Of a DNA stretch of 64,000 nucleotides, positions 1-9,916 are shown in pieces. The stretch covers positions 4,396-68,395 of the forward strand of contig OY970378.1 of assembly GCA_963718875.1 (NCBI GenBank), given 5' to 3'. The translations under genes and the position numbers were made by a program. Source of the stretch: Candidatus Parcubacteria bacterium (GTDB taxonomy: Bacteria > Patescibacteriota > Saccharimonadia > UBA4664 > JBIOIQ01). Below the pieces are notes generated by a model. The model saw only the letters and a list, made by a program, of their open reading frames with translations. It was not told the DNA's origin and ran no database searches. How positions within the stretch are numbered: position 1 is the first letter of the stretch; each line of letters begins with the position of its first letter.

Positions 1-3000
1 GTGCGATTACTGTGGACATTAAAAGTTGGGCACTGGGTGTACGGCCATAAACCCTGTAGGAAATGGCCCCGGTAACGGCTGTCCAGCTTAGGTCGACTGA
101 ACCAGCACCTCCCCCGCCAGCAATAGAACAGCTGGCTTCGGCACCGGCCGTGGTTGTGCCTACGCCGTCGGAGGCGCCAATTTTATAGGCGTAGGTGCCA
201 TCGGCTAGGTTACCACCGCTGGTATTACATATTAGGGTTGGGGCAGCTGGCGCACCAGTTTCAATGGCGGCGGCATTGCCGGCTCCCAGAGTTAAGGCTT
301 GCTGAGGGCTGGATGTGCCAATGCCGATACGCCCGTTAAGAGTATCTGCTACGAATAAGCTGCTCGTACCGGTGGCATTTTGGATTTCGAAGGCGTTAGT
401 AGAGTTAACAGAGTTTTGGAATGATACCGGGGAGTTAATAACCCCGTTAAGTGAAATCGTACCAGGACCGTATGGCCTCACTCCGGCACCGGCGTCTATC
501 TGAACCCCATCGAGATAGATTGTCCTGGCAGCGGCTGTCGTCTGGCGGAAGTACAGGTATGGCGTACCAGAAGTAGCTGTCGTTGACATGGTACAGGCAT
601 AACGGGTCCATCCTGTCGTGGGAACAGTTGGCATTGGTTGGACACAATCAACCTCGGTAGCTCCGTCAGCGGCATAACCGAAAACGTAGTTTACTGCGCC
701 GGACTGATTTTTTAAAAAGGCGCTGAATGTGTATGTACCAGGAGTTAGGGTTATGTTTTGTTTTACCCCTTGACTATTGACAGCTGTAGTGGTCAACTGC
801 AAAGCCGCGTTACCGATGTATTGTTGGGTTGTGACGCGAGCAACCGTTGTTTCGGTGCCAATTTTTTTAAGCCAAGCGGACATATCGGTACCTTCAAAGC
901 TGGGGTTTGTTATCGTGTTGGTGTCGGTGGTATCAATGTTGATAGATTGAGCACCAATAGAGTTTGCTACCTGAAAAGCAGTAGTTGAGTTAGTAAACGT
1001 TTGCAGATTGAGCCCGGCATTATTTAGCACCGTAGCTGTAGCTCCGGCTTGTAATGTAATCGTGGTACCAGAGTGGGAGTTAGCAGCCGCGCCACCGGTA
1101 CCACCTATTTTAATGGTATTGGCAGAGTTGTTTGGAGTAGCAATGTTGACAGCATTCGTCCCCGTAGAAGTACCGACATTTGCGGTTTGTGCCGCTGTGC
1201 CTGTGCCAAGGTTAATTGTTGTTGCATTGGTACCAACCGTAACAGTACCAGAACCAACGGTGTCGAGGGTGAGAGTACCGGTACCAGATGTTTGGACCGT
1301 CAAATTCTGGTTGGTACCGCCCACTTGCCAAATGGAGGTAGCATTAGCAGTTATAGCAAGACCTGTGGCAGCGGGAGCAGCTAAGGTTGGTGTGACAAAC
1401 GACGTATCGGCAGTGCCGGTACCGGAGATATGGAAGTTACTTGATGCTTGCAAGCCACTTTGGTTAAAGATGTAGTTGGTGGAGCCAGCTGGGAGATCGG
1501 CGGCCAGAATGGCGCTGGAGACAAAGTTAGTGCCATTGCCGCGGAGGTAGTTGCCTGAGGCGGCAGCACCAGCAATCTGGTAGCCGGTTGAAACGTTGAG
1601 GACACCAGCAGCGGTTAGCGACGCTGACTGCGTGAAGGCCTGGTTATCGGCGGTAGCAGTAGGGGCATTTCCAAACAGGAAGCCACCTGCTAGGTTGCTT
1701 TTTAGGATAGAGCCGGCAATGCCACGAGTAAGGTATGTGTTGATGTTAGTACCCGCTTCGGCATTAAAGGCCAGGAATGGCGCACCGTCGTTAGATTGGG
1801 CTCCAATCGTGCTTCTGTATCCCGCCGTATTAGTGTGACCGAATTCTATGCTGTTGCCATTGGAGATGGCAGCTATGAGAGCGTTGGACACCGGAGTGGT
1901 GGCGCCAACTCTAACGTTACCGTTCCCGAGAACGGTTAAACGCTCGCCACCGGTTAAGGTGTAGGTTAGAGGGCTGGCGGTTGTTGAAAAAGCAACGGTG
2001 ACAGTTAGACTAGTGTTGCTGGGGATTGTAGCGATGGTGCGAACAGTTTCGCCTTGAACCGTAATAGTATCCCCGACTTTAAATGTGTTTAAAAACTCCG
2101 TATTTGTGCCGGTAAGGGTAATTGTAGCGTTTGTAGCAACCGTTCCCGGGCCGGCAGTGGGAGTTGCGACCTGAAAAATACCATTTGGGGTAGTTGTACC
2201 AATGCCAACGTTACCGCTATCGTGAGCAGTCAAAACCAAGTTGCCAGCAGCGCTAGTATAGAGTTGGCTTGCCTGATACTGGTCGGTCATATTGGTGGCG
2301 TTAAAGTTGTTGCCAACAAACAGCGGACCGTGGTTAATGCGCTTTAAGGTAATGTGGTCCATTTGGGTAGTGGCGCCAGTGGCGCCGTAGTTGATTAACC
2401 CCAGCACCCGAACGTACCTAGTATTTACTGGGAAGTTACCGGCTACGGTGCCTTCACCTGTGGTGGTAGCGCTAAGTTTGTGCCAGTTACCGTCGGCTGG
2501 TAAAACGTAACCCGAAGCAGCAAAGTAACAGTACGTTCCGCAGGGAGCCGTTGTAATGGCAGTCTTAGCAGCATTGTAAGCAATGTAGCCGAAGTACATT
2601 ACCCCTGGTGTACCGCCAGCAACTGTCTTTTTAAAGTACCCTTCAAGCTGCAGCACGTCTCTAGTAGGATCGACCGGGATGTAGTCATTACTGAGGACTG
2701 TCGCACTTTGCGTAGTTATTTCGGCCGCTTGGTCGCCAGAATAGCCTCCTGTGACGGAGGAGTTAATACCGCTCCACCCGTATGTCCCCTGCTCAAAGTC
2801 ACCATTTACCAGCAAATTGTTGGTAGCGGCATCGGCCAACAGGTAGCCGTTTTGGCTAGCTAAACCACCTGCCAATGAGAAGTTTTGACCAGTGGCTACA
2901 ACCGTGTCTTGGTTGAGGTTAATGACGCTGGCGTTGGTGGTGCCGATGTTGAGGGCAACGTTTGAGGCCGTATCGAGCAGCGGAGCTTGCAAAGCGGTGC

Positions 3001-6000
3001 TGGCGGTGTAGGTTGTACCGCCTGTCAGGGTGCCGCTAGTGGTTATGCCGGTGCTGGAAACACCAAAGTAGGTTGATCCTCCACCATTACTTTGGACCTC
3101 AAGTAGCCTTGCTCCAATTGGACTGGCGTTGTCCTGGACGGTAAGGGCACCGCGGGTTGCATCAACCACTATCTCGACAGCTGTGGGGGAGTTAGTATAG
3201 CCGGCTTGGAGGGTCGAGCCAGAACCGGTACCGGCACAGCTGCTCCAAATTGGGGCGGCGGAGTTTTGCCCAATCAAACATTGGCCGGTTGTACCTTGAG
3301 CCGTGACACCAAGCCCGCTGGTGGCGTTTCCATAAATGACGCCGTATTGAGTAAACGTGGTCTGGCCTGTGCCTCCATACCCAACGGCAATTGTGTTGCC
3401 GTTGTAGGTGACGTTTTGCAGCAAACCGGCGTTGGTAAGACGGGTGGTGCCTGCTGTGTTGATGTTGCCTGCTTGAACATTAAGGTTTCCAGTATTAACC
3501 ACTGTGCCATTAGTAGTGGAAACCGCCAAAAGATCGGTGCCGTTGTTTTGGACGGCAAACTTACTGGTAGAACCAGTGGCGATATTGACGGTAAAGTTGG
3601 AATCGGTGGTTTCATTGGTGAGAGTAACTGCTAAGTCACGGCCGGCAGTGTAGCCAGCGCTTGAGAGTGTATTGCCATTATCGTAGGCGGCCTGAAGCGT
3701 TGATCCGGATCCTGCACCGGAACAAGAGCCCCAAACTGGATTGCCGGCAGTTGATACCAGACATAGTCCGGCACTACCGGCCGCGGCCGTCATGCCTACT
3801 GCCGAGGTACCATTACCATACAAAATCCCATTTGCCGTAAGAGTAGCACGCCCGGTCCCACCTTGAGCCACATTAACGGCCGTAAAGCCGGTAGTAAGGG
3901 AGCCAGAGCTAAGCGCGCCCACTTGAGCAATGTTGGAGTAACTGACCCCCGTAGAAAAGCCGGCATTTTGGATTGTGCCGCTGCCGTTAATAATGGGCGT
4001 GGCGCCGGCCACCAAAATGGAGTTGTAGCCGGTTCCAACCGTTAAAGCGTTAAAGACGTTATTGGTGACGGTAGTGACGTTGGGTAGGTTTAAAGCATTG
4101 AGTATATTGGCGTTGGTGTTGGCGTTGGCTCCGCCCACAGGAGTAACAGACAGGCCATTGACGGTAGTAACCGTGGCGCTGGCATTGGTGTTGGTGACTG
4201 CTATATTGGCAGAGCTTGAGTTATTGGCTCCGGATGCCGAAACCGAAAAGTAGGTGTTCGTACCGGCGTTATTTTGGACTTCTAGCAAGGGGCTTGAGGT
4301 AATGGGAGTGCCATTGTCGCGAATTGTTAATGCTTTGTTGGTGTTGTCTAAGACAATCTCATTAACACCAGAGTTGGTGTAGGCACTTTGCAGCGTGTTT
4401 CCCGAACCGCTGCCGGAGCAAGCCTGCCAAGTTGGGGCAGCTGAGTTATTGCCCATAAGACATTGGCCAGTATTACCCACAGCGCTGACTTGCAAGGTGC
4501 TGGAGCCATTGCCCAGGAGTACCCCATACTGAGTAAACGTAGCGGCGCCAGTACCACCGTTTGTAACTCCAAGGGTTCCAGTAACAGCGGCTGATTGGGA
4601 GATATCAATAGACCCAAAAGCCGGTGCTCCCCCGACGCTGGGAACACGAAAGACCTGGTTGGCCGTACCGGCAGCTGTTACATTAAGCGCCGAGGCGTTA
4701 TTACCCAACAGTACTCCATTGAGTGTAAAGGTAGCCGCGCCCGTGCCTCCCCTAGCTACCCCCAAGGTACCAGCGGTAAGAATATTGGTATTGGCAGTGA
4801 CTGAGTTGGTGTTGTCGAGCGAAACGTTTTGCAGAATCCCAGTACTGCCAAGACGAATAGTGCCTCCGGTGAGAAGATTTCCATTAAGATTTAGCTCGGG
4901 TAGCGTCATCTCTTTGGTTACGTATATATCATCCCATTTATGAACTACGCCAGTGGTGCCTGAGCCTGTACGTAAGAAGATACGTAGAAAGGCGGCATCT
5001 GCTGGTGCGGTGGCGTTACCAGAAATTCTGGTCCATGTATCGGCGGTGGTTGAGCCAAACCCGGGATAGGTATTTGGGGTAATGGCTGAATCGGTACCAT
5101 TTTTTTGTTTCCAGTTGAACCTTAGTCCCCCTTGACCTGCTGAGGTGATAGATTTTATCCAGGCTTCGCCATACCATATTTCCCCGCCTTGGGTTGGAAT
5201 ATCAATTGAATGTTCGTAGTAAAAGTTGCCGGCAGTTGAAGTAGAGGTAACGGCGAAGTTACCGGTTCGGGTATCTGTAGACTCAAGTGCATAAGAGGCA
5301 CTATTTACCCATCCTTCGTCCTCGTTTCCAGTTTCAAAGCCTGGGTTATCGATGTAGTTATCGTAAGTTCCAACCCCTGTATTCATTATCTGAACTTGGC
5401 CACCTTGTAAGGTAATACCGGCTGACCCAGCGTCAATATTAACGGCCGTCGCCCCGGTAGTATTGCCTAACGTAATTGTTTTGGCGTTAGCACTCGTGCC
5501 AATATTGAGAGCGCCGACGGTGCCGGAGTCGACTGTCAATATTGTGCCAGCTCCGGAAGCGAGCGTTACGGCCCCGGTGCCTGTGATATTGGTACCAACT
5601 CCGGTAATACTCCCGGCGTTAGTAATACCGGTGGAGTTAACGTCGATTCCACCAGCCGATACGGTGAGGCCACCAGTATTAACTACCGTTCCGCCAGCCG
5701 TTGTAACCCGCAAAAGATCGGTGCCATTGTTTTGGACGGCAAATTTGCCGGTAGAGCTAGTGGCAATATTTACTAAAAAGTTAGAGTCAGTAGCGGTATT
5801 AACCAATGTAATGCTAACGTCCTTAGCATCGGTAGTCGCAATAGTATTGCCGTTATCGTAAGCTGCTTGCAAAGTTGAGCCAGATCCAACTCCAGAGCAG
5901 GTTTGAAATGTCGGAGCAAAGCCGACCCCATTTGAGACTAAACATTGGCCGTCTGTTCCGACAGTCGTTGTTGCAAGGGTTGTAGAGTTACTAGCATAAG

Positions 6001-7441
6001 CCACCCCATTGACGGCAAAGCCACTCCCAAGAGTAAGAGTGCCAGAGTTGTCGGGCAGGGTCATGATTCTGGTTCCACTAGTGGAGGCCCCTGTAAAGCG
6101 GAAGTTGTTAGTGCCGGGGGTCCCGGACGTACCGGAAATAAACAGCTCGCCAAATGGTAAAGTAGCCGAACCTATATTAACGGCGCCGGCCGTGCCCGGT
6201 AATAGCGAGGTATTAATAGCTACGCTAGCTAGGTTAGAAAGGGCGGTGTTGGCTCCCCCGCCGCCGGCCCCAGCACAAGAGCCAAAAGCCAGGGTCCCGG
6301 CGTTGTCGGTGGTGGTAACACATTGACCCGTGCTACCTACTGCAGTAGGTAGCGTTAGGTTAAAAGTACTGGCGGTGGCACCGCTTTGGAGCGTAACCGT
6401 GTTGGAGTTGGCGCCGTTAAAAAACCTGACGGAACCGAGTCTTCCAGCGCTGGAAGCACCGAGGGTTAAGGAGGCAGAGGTAGGAATGGTAACACCGATG
6501 GCGCCGTGACCAATGTTGATGGCGGACGCATTGGTGGTACCAATGTTTATTACACCGGTGGTTCCAGTAGCAGTACCGGAGTCGACCGTAATATTGCCAG
6601 AATTTGAAGTTGTGCCACTAGCATTGCCGCTTTGTAGCGTCAGGACGTTGGAATGGGTGCTGGCGGCGTTGGTAGGAGCGGTTTGCAAAACGCCATTGAT
6701 AGAGATATTTCCAGTGCTGCCGTCAACGTTTAAAGCCGTAATGGTGCCACCGGCGTTTTGGATCCTAAAAGCGGTAGCGCTAGAGTTTTGGAATAGATTG
6801 GTACCACTAAAGGTTTGGTTGGCGGCTAGTTGGCCAAACTGGCTAGCGGTAAGCCCGCCGAGCTGACCCGCGTTTTGGGCATACGGGGAGGCTGTAAAGC
6901 GGATCATGGGTAGCATTTCCCCGTCCGGCGAACAGTTGGCAAACACGTTGGTGGCGCCACAATTGGTGGTGTTGCCCAAGTTGATCGATAGCCAAATGGT
7001 GTCGTTATTCCAAATATTGGTTGGTAGCGGGTTGCCGCCTTGGGCACCAAGGTTTACTTGAAAAATACCGCTACTTACGGAAATGGAGGTGGAGTTGTTG
7101 ACCAAGTGATCTTCGGTAAAAACTAAAGTTCCACCGGGGTTGCCAGCACTGGTTCCGGCTCCATCGGTGTAGAGCTTAAACTGAACATTATAGTTGCCGT
7201 CGGTAATATTGGTGCCATTAACATTGACTAGCTTGCCCTGAAAGTTAACTTGGGAATTAATGCCGACCGCAGCATTGGCTTGCGGCAAACTCCAAGACAC
7301 AAGAAACAAGTTACAAACAATAGCCAATATCCAAGCACCAAGTGCCCAATGTTTGTGAGTTGTGTGTTGTGTGTTGTGTGTTGTGTGGCGATTGTGTCTT
7401 GCTGGTTTCTTACCAAAAAACTTAGTTTTTCGAGTACGCAA
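1..7441 (-). CDS. giant repetitive secreted surface protein (N-terminal >2480 aa; C-terminus lies beyond window start). Thr/Gly/Asn/Ser/Ala-rich with internal ~180-aa repeat modules containing paired Cys
   Basis: Minus-strand frame (codon low coordinate = 2 mod 3) stays open from a TTG at 7441 (or GTG 7498) to position 1. Hand translation at 7100-7440 and 2940-3000 gives plausible protein. N-terminus reads KKPARHNRHTTHNTQHTTHKHWALGAWILAIVCNLFLVSWSLPQANA|AV, a signal peptide with AXA site. Plus-strand ORFs in this span are V/P/A-rich antisense artefacts. Internal nucleotide repeats, e.g. 3531-3590 vs 5711-5770. Confidence 0.6.
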   Translation of the reverse strand, partial: MRTRKTKFFGKKPARHNRHTTHNTQHTTHKHWALGAWILAIVCNLFLVSWSLPQANAAVGINSQVNFQGKLVNVNGTNITDGNYNVQFKLYTDGAGTSAGNPGGTLVFTEDHLVNNSTSISVSSGIFQVNLGAQGGNPLPTNIWNNDTIWLSINLGNTTNCGATNVFANCSPDGEMLPMIRFTASPYAQNAGQLGGLTASQFGQLAANQTFSGTNLFQNSSATAFRIQNAGGTITALNVDGSTGNISINGVLQTAPTNAASTHSNVLTLQSGNASGTTSNSGNITVDSGTATGTTGVINIGTTNASAINIGHGAIGVTIPTSASLTLGASSAGRLGSVRFFNGANSNTVTLQSGATASTFNLTLPTAVGSTGQCVTTTDNAGTLAFGSCAGAGGGGANTALSNLASVAINTSLLPGTAGAVNIGSATLPFGELFISGTSGTPGTNNFRFTGASTSGTRIMTLPDNSGTLTLGSGFAVNGVAYASNSTTLATTTVGTDGQCLVSNGVGFAPTFQTCSGVGSGSTLQAAYDNGNTIATTDAKDVSITLVNTATDSNFLVNIATSSTGKFAVQNNGTDLLRVTTAGGTVVNTGGLTVSAGGIDVNSTGITNAGSITGVGTNITGTGAVTLASGAGTILTVDSGTVGALNIGTSANAKTITLGNTTGATAVNIDAGSAGITLQGGQVQIMNTGVGTYDNYIDNPGFETGNEDEGWVNSASYALESTDTRTGNFAVTSTSTAGNFYYEHSIDIPTQGGEIWYGEAWIKSITSAGQGGLRFNWKQKNGTDSAITPNTYPGFGSTTADTWTRISGNATAPADAAFLRIFLRTGSGTTGVVHKWDDIYVTKEMTLPELNLNGNLLTGGTIRLGSTGILQNVSLDNTNSVTANTNILTAGTLGVARGGTGAATFTLNGVLLGNNASALNVTAAGTANQVFRVPSVGGAPAFGSIDISQSAAVTGTLGVTNGGTGAATFTQYGVLLGNGSSTLQVSAVGNTGQCLMGNNSAAPTWQACSGSGSGNTLQSAYTNSGVNEIVLDNTNKALTIRDNGTPITSSPLLEVQNNAGTNTYFSVSASGANNSSSANIAVTNTNASATVTTVNGLSVTPVGGANANTNANILNALNLPNVTTVTNNVFNALTVGTGYNSILVAGATPIINGSGTIQNAGFSTGVSYSNIAQVGALSSGSLTTGFTAVNVAQGGTGRATLTANGILYGNGTSAVGMTAAAGSAGLCLVSTAGNPVWGSCSGAGSGSTLQAAYDNGNTLSSAGYTAGRDLAVTLTNETTDSNFTVNIATGSTSKFAVQNNGTDLLAVSTTNGTVVNTGNLNVQAGNINTAGTTRLTNAGLLQNVTYNGNTIAVGYGGTGQTTFTQYGVIYGNATSGLGVTAQGTTGQCLIGQNSAAPIWSSCAGTGSGSTLQAGYTNSPTAVEIVVDATRGALTVQDNASPIGARLLEVQSNGGGSTYFGVSSTGITTSGTLTGGTTYTASTALQAPLLDTASNVALNIGTTNASVINLNQDTVVATGQNFSLAGGLASQNGYLLADAATNNLLVNGDFEQGTYGWSGINSSVTGGYSGDQAAEITTQSATVLSNDYIPVDPTRDVLQLEGYFKKTVAGGTPGVMYFGYIAYNAAKTAITTAPCGTYCYFAASGYVLPADGNWHKLSATTTGEGTVAGNFPVNTRYVRVLGLINYGATGATTQMDHITLKRINHGPLFVGNNFNATNMTDQYQASQLYTSAAGNLVLTAHDSGNVGIGTTTPNGIFQVATPTAGPGTVATNATITLTGTNTEFLNTFKVGDTITVQGETVRTIATIPSNTSLTVTVAFSTTASPLTYTLTGGERLTVLGNGNVRVGATTPVSNALIAAISNGNSIEFGHTNTAGYRSTIGAQSNDGAPFLAFNAEAGTNINTYLTRGIAGSILKSNLAGGFLFGNAPTATADNQAFTQSASLTAAGVLNVSTGYQIAGAAASGNYLRGNGTNFVSSAILAADLPAGSTNYIFNQSGLQASSNFHISGTGTADTSFVTPTLAAPAATGLAITANATSIWQVGGTNQNLTVQTSGTGTLTLDTVGSGTVTVGTNATTINLGTGTAAQTANVGTSTGTNAVNIATPNNSANTIKIGGTGGAAANSHSGTTITLQAGATATVLNNAGLNLQTFTNSTTAFQVANSIGAQSINIDTTDTNTITNPSFEGTDMSAWLKKIGTETTVARVTTQQYIGNAALQLTTTAVNSQGVKQNITLTPGTYTFSAFLKNQSGAVNYVFGYAADGATEVDCVQPMPTVPTTGWTRYACTMSTTATSGTPYLYFRQTTAAARTIYLDGVQIDAGAGVRPYGPGTISLNGVINSPVSFQNSVNSTNAFEIQNATGTSSLFVADTLNGRIGIGTSSPQQALTLGAGNAAAIETGAPAAPTLICNTSGGNLADGTYAYKIGASDGVGTTTAGAEASCSIAGGGGAGSVDLSWTAVTGAISYRVYGRTPSAQLLMSTVIA
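7355..7385. repeat. heptanucleotide repeat (CACACAA)x3 plus one imperfect unit on the coding strand, inside the 5' end (n-region of the signal peptide) of the giant gene
   Basis: Plus strand reads gtgtgttgtgtgttgtgtgttgtgtgg. Encodes HNTQHTTHNTQ-like residues. Confidence 0.8.
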
Positions 7442-7605
7442 AAGCAGTGTGGCTTGTATTTGAAGCGATAGAGGTACGAGTAAAAATACCCATATCACGC
7501 TCTGTAACTTCACTCTCACAAGCACCACACGTTACAGGTGTGATTATATCAAAATGGTTATGCTAATGCAAGTCCTCTGAGTACAATCGGTAAATTGAAA
7601 AGCGA

Positions 7606-7634
7606 TTGACATAGTCACCTTGACGTGCTATGGT
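7606..7634 (+). promoter_or_regulatory. sigma70-like promoter candidate (TTGACA-17 bp-TATGGT)
   Basis: ttgaca at 7606-7611, 17-bp spacer, tatggt at 7629-7634. No annotated downstream plus-strand gene except a 48-codon ORF. Confidence 0.3.
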
Positions 7635-7720
7635 ATATAGGTTTTTGGGCTGATTATTCGACAATTTTTCTTGTAGCTTGATGCGCCAGCACGGCGCATC
7701 CCGATCGAAGGGATTACAGT

Positions 7721-7867
7721 ATGTTCGCCCCAATCTTTCTCATCTTTCTTCTGACAGGCTGCGTGTTATGTATAGTGGCCATGGCCCGAAAGAATCACCG
7801 CCCCGACCCTATCCAGCCTCTCGCTCTGAGCGGTCAAGTCCTAGTAAACGAGTATTGCCCTGATTAG
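7721..7867 (+). CDS. small hydrophobic peptide (48 aa) with lipobox-like LTGC; alternatively an untranslated small RNA
   Basis: ATG 7721 preceded by aaggga 8 nt upstream. Translation MFAPIFLIFLLTGCVLCIVAMARKNHRPDPIQPLALSGQVLVNEYCPD. Lies between promoter 7606 and terminator 7908. Confidence 0.25.
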   Translation: MFAPIFLIFLLTGCVLCIVAMARKNHRPDPIQPLALSGQVLVNEYCPD

Positions 7868-7907
7868 AGCCTTGCCCACACGAAGAACAGCGGATCCACT
7901 CAACTCG

Positions 7908-7944
7908 GCCCCGAGGCTACCAAGCATCGGGGCTGCATTTTTAT
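7908..7944 (+). terminator. rho-independent terminator (GC hairpin gccccga...tcggggc followed by tgcatttttattt)
   Basis: Inverted repeat 7908-7933 followed by a T-tract. An A-tract upstream means it may also serve the convergent minus gene ending at 7945. Confidence 0.5.
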
Positions 7945-8889
7945 TTAATCGCTCTTTTGATGCTTTTGCCTTAATTGTCTTTTGTAAATAAATACCCCCA
8001 AAGATGTAACAACAGTAAGACCTAATATAATCGCAGCAAGTAAAATAAGGGCTCCTCTTGGAATGTAGTAGAGGCTTGTCTTATAGGTAGTAAAGTTATC
8101 TCGGCCATCATAACGATACTGAACGACTAGCTGGTATTTACCAGGAGCGGATATGCGCCGAGTCGTCATTAGGGGAACAGTAAAACGGCGAAAAGAATCT
8201 GGCAGAATCCGCGATGACTCCTCATTAATGGCGGCCCGAGCCACCTCGCGACCACGCGGATCAAGTAAACGAATAACTCCTCGAGGAACGACATCTATAT
8301 TGCCCTTATTATGAAACCGCGCTTTCAAAGACAACGTTTGCCACCAGTCGGTGGCGGGCTGAACGCTATCTAGCTTGAGGTCATATTTTTCGCCGCCGAT
8401 TTTATTTACAAACAGCAAGGTGGAGAGCACGGATTGGACAATTACCTTGTCTTTGGAGGCAGCTGCTGTAGGCTGTTCCCCTAGCAAGATGGCACCGTAA
8501 TGTCCTCCGGGAGTCAAAGACGGCTGATTATTAATGCTAGCCCGCATGGTTTTAACTTCGCCGGGTCGTAAAGTCACAGTACTATCACTTAGCGTGAGCC
8601 AATTTACTAACCCATGGGGGCGAATTTGACCAGGTGTGCTAGCCAAGAAAGCTACCCCTCCTGATTCGTCTAGACTACCGAAGTCGCTGGTAGATAAAGT
8701 AAAAGTTTTAGTTTGCGACGGGTCATTGTTGGTTACAGAATAGCTAAAATCGGCTGTCTGCTGGTCTTTGGTTATGGTTATGTTTTGAAATGGAGGTGAA
8801 ATTGTCACTCCCTCGGCGGCAAAAGCATTGTTTTTAACTACGCAAAGTGCAATGACAACAGTGAAGGCTACAAACAACCATCGTCGCAT
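7945..8889 (-). CDS. cell-surface protein with signal peptide, beta-rich ectodomain, C-terminal TM helix + basic tail (DUF916/DUF3324-like; diverged paralog of the next two genes)
   Basis: ORF 7945..8949; likely start MRRWLFVAFTVVIALCVV at 8889. C-terminus ...LILLAAIILGLTVVTSLGVFIYKRQLRQKHQKSD. Confidence 0.45.
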   Translation of the reverse strand: MRRWLFVAFTVVIALCVVKNNAFAAEGVTISPPFQNITITKDQQTADFSYSVTNNDPSQTKTFTLSTSDFGSLDESGGVAFLASTPGQIRPHGLVNWLTLSDSTVTLRPGEVKTMRASINNQPSLTPGGHYGAILLGEQPTAAASKDKVIVQSVLSTLLFVNKIGGEKYDLKLDSVQPATDWWQTLSLKARFHNKGNIDVVPRGVIRLLDPRGREVARAAINEESSRILPDSFRRFTVPLMTTRRISAPGKYQLVVQYRYDGRDNFTTYKTSLYYIPRGALILLAAIILGLTVVTSLGVFIYKRQLRQKHQKSD

Positions 8890-8890
8890 T

Positions 8891-9916
8891 TTATCGCCTC
8901 CGGGGTAACAACTTACGGATAATTTTTTTAACAGTCGACTGCAACCCAATGATCATAAAAATACTTACGAATACAAGAACTCCAATCACCCGCCACGGCA
9001 CCACCCAAAAGCTAACGCTGCCGGTAAGAGGGATGTCTCTGGTGCCGTCATTGTAGGCCATGGTAAAGCTGGCGGTGTACTTACCAAAACGGAGCTTGGG
9101 AACTTGGGTAAAGTCCCACTTAAGGGTCATTTCCGGTTGGTTGTTTTTAATGATGGGTTTACCATCTTGGAGCTTAGGGACATAGACAGGAAAGCCATCT
9201 TTCCAGGCGGCAGTGTAAATACGGTTGGAGTTGGGCAGGATATTGCCCCCCGAATCATTAACGTCAATGGTGGAAACAGGTTTCTTGCCTTTGGTAATGA
9301 AAATGTTACCTTTGGGAACTACGTGAATATTACCAGCATTACGGAGCTTAATGTTAAAAGTAGCCGGTAGGAACTCGTAGAACTTGTGGTCGGCAGTAAA
9401 GCTGACAGGGGTAAGTTGGCGCTTAGTGTTAGGAGAGTTAACTGCTAGCAACACTAGGGTGGCACTGGAACCGGCCACTACAGCTTCGGCGCCGGTAGGC
9501 TTAATGTCTTCCGCTCGGGAAAAAGTAGCAGCCAGGTAGTAGCCAAAGGCAGCTGTTTTAGGAATAGCGATGGTCATCTTGATGGTTTTCCACTCTCCTG
9601 GTGGAGCGTCAAACACGCTGGGGCTAAATTTAACCCAGTCAAAATAGCTGTCCGCAGCCTGGCGGTCACTTAAAACTGGTGAGCCGTCCTCACCCTGGGC
9701 GCCAAACTTAATTAAGCCAACTTTTAGACGTTCGGGAGCAGTGCCATTGTTTTTAACCCGCAAGTCGGCAGTGACAGTAGTGCCAGGATTGGCGGTTAGG
9801 TTAATGGGGAGAGGTGAAGTAGCGATGGAGAGTGGTTGTCCGGCGGCGGTGAGCGGGAGAGGGATAAAAAGGAGGGACAGGGCAATTAAAAAAAGCGAGT
9901 GTGCCAGCTTCGTCAT
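8891..9916 (-). CDS. cell-surface protein (DUF916/DUF3324-like), copy 2 of tandem duplicate
   Basis: Likely start ATG 9916 (MTKLAHSLFLIALSLLFIPLPLTAAGQ), overlapping the upstream stop in ATGA. ~330 aa identical to the 9913..10971 product except signal peptide and C-terminal anchor. C-terminal TM + KKIIRKLLPRRR. Confidence 0.5.
   Translation of the reverse strand: MTKLAHSLFLIALSLLFIPLPLTAAGQPLSIATSPLPINLTANPGTTVTADLRVKNNGTAPERLKVGLIKFGAQGEDGSPVLSDRQAADSYFDWVKFSPSVFDAPPGEWKTIKMTIAIPKTAAFGYYLAATFSRAEDIKPTGAEAVVAGSSATLVLLAVNSPNTKRQLTPVSFTADHKFYEFLPATFNIKLRNAGNIHVVPKGNIFITKGKKPVSTIDVNDSGGNILPNSNRIYTAAWKDGFPVYVPKLQDGKPIIKNNQPEMTLKWDFTQVPKLRFGKYTASFTMAYNDGTRDIPLTGSVSFWVVPWRVIGVLVFVSIFMIIGLQSTVKKIIRKLLPRRR

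Noticed and set aside
154-6866. Numerous plus-strand ORFs (e.g. 1008..1475, 3206..3634, 4659..4943, 5463..5861, 6009..6326, 6513..6866) with Val/Pro/Ala-rich translations
   Set aside because: They are the antisense strand of the giant Gly/Thr/Asn-rich minus-strand gene, which is open across the whole span. Their composition is the mirror image of that gene.
7678-7863. 61-aa ORF MMRQHGASRSKG... in the orphan transcription unit
   Set aside because: Arg/Ser-rich low-complexity translation without RBS. The alternative 48-aa hydrophobic ORF in another frame (7721..7867) is more plausible but still uncertain.
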